From NCBI GenBank assembly GCA_963784195.1, contig CAWARA010000031.1:124113-188112 (forward strand): 64,000 bases of DNA, written 5' to 3'. The stretch is from an uncultured Acidobacteriota bacterium. Lineage in GTDB: Bacteria; Acidobacteriota; Vicinamibacteria; Vicinamibacterales; 2-12-FULL-66-21. Positions 61,318 through 64,000 of this stretch are shown here, in pieces; the stretch's first letter is position 1, and each line of letters starts with the position of its first letter. The translations under genes and the position numbers were made by a program. The notes under the pieces are model-generated. The model was not told the origin of the DNA, ran no database searches, and was given only the letters and a program-made list of their open reading frames with translations.

Positions 61318-62181
61318 CTACTTGCGACGCTCGGGTAGTCGGCGCGCCGACGGGCCGTCGTAGACGTGTTCCTTCGGGTCGATCTCGCGCATCGGCGAGT
61401 GACGATCGATTTCTTCTTGCGCGTGCGCGGCGATCCCTGGAACGCGCGAAATGATGAACAGCGCGTTGGCCACGGCCGGGGCAATGCCCAGGTCTCCGCA
61501 GACAGCGGCGATCGCACCGTCGATGTTCACCGGCAGGATGCGGCCGGCGCGATCGGGCTTGTCGTGGAGCACGAGTTCCACGGCGCGGATCATCTGCACG
61601 TGTTGGCCTTCGACTTCCAGCTCGAGCGCCATCTGGAACAGCCGCGCGGCCCTCGGATCCCGAGTGTGAAATCGATGTCCGAAACCCGGGGGCGTTTCGT
61701 CTGCGTCGACGCAGCGCTGCACGATCTCGGCGGCGGCATCGCGATACGATCGCCCGGCGCGCACGAGCTCCAGCCCGGCATCGAGGAAATACATGCAGCT
61801 CTCGATGTCGCCGCCGTGGTGCCGGCCGAACCCGAGGACGCCTGCAGCGACGCATGCGCGCAGCGGTGCGCCCGTGGTCGCCGTGTTACGCGCGGCCAGC
61901 GTGGATGGCGGCGTGGCGCCGTGGTCGATGAACGACACCAGCATCGCTTCCATGAGGCTGCCGATCCCAGGTGACGGCACCTCGCCGATGAGGAGCAGAT
62001 AGATCGCCTCGCCGAACGTCAGCCGGCCCATGATCTCGTCCAGCGGATAGCCGCGAACGAGGATCTTGTTCGGCTCGATACAGGTCAGCGCCGTCCGCCA
62101 GCGCTCTTCGACGATCCGCTTCTGACTGCGCCGCTCAATGGTCGGCGACGCGTCCGTCCCGTCTGCGGCGGGAGGTTTCAT
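61318..62181 (-). CDS. Citrate synthase-like family protein (short form, citryl-CoA lyase-like)
   Basis: Conserved citrate synthase catalytic-domain motifs (GYPLDE..., HGGDIE, GFGHRFH, DPRA). Confidence 0.7.
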   Translation of the reverse strand: MKPPAADGTDASPTIERRSQKRIVEERWRTALTCIEPNKILVRGYPLDEIMGRLTFGEAIYLLLIGEVPSPGIGSLMEAMLVSFIDHGATPPSTLAARNTATTGAPLRACVAAGVLGFGRHHGGDIESCMYFLDAGLELVRAGRSYRDAAAEIVQRCVDADETPPGFGHRFHTRDPRAARLFQMALELEVEGQHVQMIRAVELVLHDKPDRAGRILPVNIDGAIAAVCGDLGIAPAVANALFIISRVPGIAAHAQEEIDRHSPMREIDPKEHVYDGPSARRLPERRK

Positions 62182-62226
62182 GTGGAGCTCCTTGGCCTGG
62201 ATAGCCCACTGCTTTCCGCGATCCGA

Positions 62227-62862
62227 CTACGTCCCGTAGAGCCTGTCCCCAAAATCGCCGAGTCCCGGAACGATGAACTTGTGCTCGTTCAGACACTGAT
62301 CGACGACCGGCGTATAGATGTGTACTTCCGGATGGTGCTTCTCTACGAGCTCGATCCCTTCCGGCGCGGCGACGATGCAGATCATCCGGACGTCGCGGGC
62401 GCCGGCTTCGGTCAGCATGTCGAGTGCGGCGACTGCGCTGCCGCCTGTCGCCAGCATCGGATCGATCATCAGCACGTAACTGCCATCGAGCCGCTTGGGC
62501 AGGCGCGAGTAGTAGCGTGATGCGACAGCGGTCAACTCGTCGCGCTGCAATCCGATGTGTCCCACGCGCGCCTTGGGAATCAGCTCCAGGACGGCGTCGA
62601 GCATCCCCAGACCGGCCCTCAGGACCGGCACCACGACAACTTCACCGCTGATGCGGCGGCCGTCCGCAGGGCCGAGCGGCGTCAACACCTGCACGTCGGT
62701 GACCGGAATGTCGCGCGTCGCTTCGGCCGCCAGCAACAAGCTGATCCTGACAGCCATCCGCCGGAAAAGCTCCGGAGGAGTCGCGGAGTCGCGCAACGTT
62801 GCCAGCGCATCGTGAACGAGCGGATGTGTCACGCGGTGTAGCGGCACGGGAACACTATACAC
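62227..62862 (-). CDS. upp: Uracil phosphoribosyltransferase
   Basis: VTHPLVHDAL..., VVPVLRAGLGM, MIDPMLATGGS, PGLGDFGDRLYGT. The start is tentatively the GTG at 62862. Confidence 0.85.
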   Translation of the reverse strand: MYSVPVPLHRVTHPLVHDALATLRDSATPPELFRRMAVRISLLLAAEATRDIPVTDVQVLTPLGPADGRRISGEVVVVPVLRAGLGMLDAVLELIPKARVGHIGLQRDELTAVASRYYSRLPKRLDGSYVLMIDPMLATGGSAVAALDMLTEAGARDVRMICIVAAPEGIELVEKHHPEVHIYTPVVDQCLNEHKFIVPGLGDFGDRLYGT

Positions 62863-62877
62863 AAAGGACGGCGTTAA

Positions 62878-62926
62878 ATGGGCGATGGGCGATGGGCGAT
62901 GGGCGATGGGCGATGGGCGATGGGCG
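62878..62926. repeat. (ATGGGCG)x7 perfect heptanucleotide tandem array directly upstream of upp
   Basis: Seen directly: atgggcgatgggcgatgggcgatgggcgatgggcgatgggcgatgggcg. This is the same unit as the array upstream of era. Read on the upp coding strand it is (CGCCCAT)7, the same orientation as before era. Confidence 0.85.
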
Positions 62927-62986
62927 ATGGGTACGGGCGGTGACGATGGCCGGGGGTGGAGAGAAACGCTGATAGAATTTCGGCCC

Positions 62987-64000
62987 ATGCTGTCGCGCGT
63001 GTGCGCGCTCCTCGTGCTGTCGGGCGCTCTGCTATCGGCCTGGCAGCCGGACCGGCGTCCGATCTCGCTCGTCGTGGCGGGCGGAGCGGTGGTCACGATG
63101 GACGCGTCGGGACGCATCCTCGATCCAGGCGCTGTCGCGATCGAGGGCCGCGACATCATCGCCGTAGACACGCCCGAAGCAATCGCCGCGCGTTACGCGC
63201 CAAAGGAGACGATCAACGCGTCCGGCCACGTCGTGCTCCCCGGCCTCATCAACACGCATACCCATGCGCCGATGGTGTTGTACCGCGGTCTCGCGGATGA
63301 CCTGGCGCTCATGGAGTGGCTGCAGAAATACATTTTTCCCGCGGAGGCGAAGACGGTCAGCCCTGAATTCGTCAGGGCCGGCACGCGGCTCGCGGTTCTC
63401 GAGATGATCCAGTCCGGGACCACGGCGTACGCGGACATGTATTACTTCGAGGAAGAGATCGCGAAGGCGACGAAAGAAGCGGGCATCCGCGGCGTGCTCG
63501 GGCAGACGATCATCGAGTTTCCGGTGCCCGACGCCAAGACACCGACGGAAGGCATCGCGCGGGCGACCGAGTTCATCCGGCAGTGGAGTAATGACGAGCT
63601 GATCGTGCCGGCCATCGCGCCGCACTCGATGTACACGCTCGACACCGCCACGCTCAAGGCGATCAGGGCGGTTGCCGACCGGGAACGTGCGCCGGTCATA
63701 ACACACCTCGCCGAAACGCGTGACGAGATCAAGATTGGCAGGGATCGCTACAAGCTGACGCCCACGCAGTTTCTCGAATCGATCGGATTCTGGGGACCGC
63801 GGACCATCGCCGCGCATGGCGTGTGGCTGACGCCAGCCGACATTCGCGTGCTCGCCCGGCGGCACGTCGGCGTCGCGCACAATCCCGAGAGCAACATGAA
63901 GCTCGCCAGCGGCACGGCGCCGGTCCTCGAGCTGCGGAAAGCAGGTGTCGCGGTCGGGCTTGGGACCGACGGCGCGGCCAGCAACAACGACCTCGACATG
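62987..64000 (+). CDS. Amidohydrolase-superfamily protein (MtaD/SAH-deaminase/chlorohydrolase-like), signal peptide; 3' end outside window
   Basis: ATG 62987. Motifs include GLINTHTHAPM (HxH metal site), HLAET, AHGVWL, and VAHNPESNMKLASG. The frame is open to the window end. Confidence 0.75.
   Translation, partial: MLSRVCALLVLSGALLSAWQPDRRPISLVVAGGAVVTMDASGRILDPGAVAIEGRDIIAVDTPEAIAARYAPKETINASGHVVLPGLINTHTHAPMVLYRGLADDLALMEWLQKYIFPAEAKTVSPEFVRAGTRLAVLEMIQSGTTAYADMYYFEEEIAKATKEAGIRGVLGQTIIEFPVPDAKTPTEGIARATEFIRQWSNDELIVPAIAPHSMYTLDTATLKAIRAVADRERAPVITHLAETRDEIKIGRDRYKLTPTQFLESIGFWGPRTIAAHGVWLTPADIRVLARRHVGVAHNPESNMKLASGTAPVLELRKAGVAVGLGTDGAASNNDLDM

Noticed and set aside
62878-62926. The heptamer arrays as a CRISPR array
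   Set aside because: The unit is only 7 nt with no spacers, and there are no cas genes.

Overview
This window is a high-GC (about 68%) bacterial chromosome segment, dominated by housekeeping genes on the + strand, with an accessory-looking low-GC islet after a tRNA-Val. The taxon is probably Acidobacteriota; this is an inference from a VWFA-related Acidobacterial-type domain protein, an ADOP/FtsX permease relic, wHTH–TolB-propeller fusions and a membrane-fused spermidine synthase. Conserved syntenic blocks are hisS-aspS, phoH(ybeZ)-ybeY-corC(ybeX)-era, recO-glyQ-glyS-ppdK, (corA)-mutL, nfeD-flotillin, trmH-rarA (minus strand), greA, uvrB-mlaE-mlaF-mlaD, and upp. There is one tRNA-Val(CAC) at 55904..55978. 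Downstream of it lies a lower-GC islet (about 56.0-60.9 kb) carrying gene relics, a lipase, a lipoprotein gene flanked by 33-bp direct repeats, and a truncated metallo-beta-lactamase paralog. No rRNA genes or CRISPR arrays were seen.

Three features stand out. First, at least seven otherwise conserved genes carry apparent single-base +1 frameshifts, usually in short homopolymer or G/C runs: an M20 peptidase, corA (two shifts), mtfA, a Cys/Met PLP enzyme, the mlaD 3' end, and a wHTH-propeller gene (three shifts). This is either systematic indel sequencing error or pseudogenisation. Second, there are families of intergenic 7-nt-period tandem and inverted repeats: (GGCGATG)n arrays upstream of era and upp, GAGTCCC-type repeats, and GTTCGTG-type repeats. 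Third, a roughly 410-bp MITE-like nested palindromic element with about 45-bp terminal inverted repeats sits between two convergent genes. Many long antisense ORFs in the six-frame track are high-GC artefacts.
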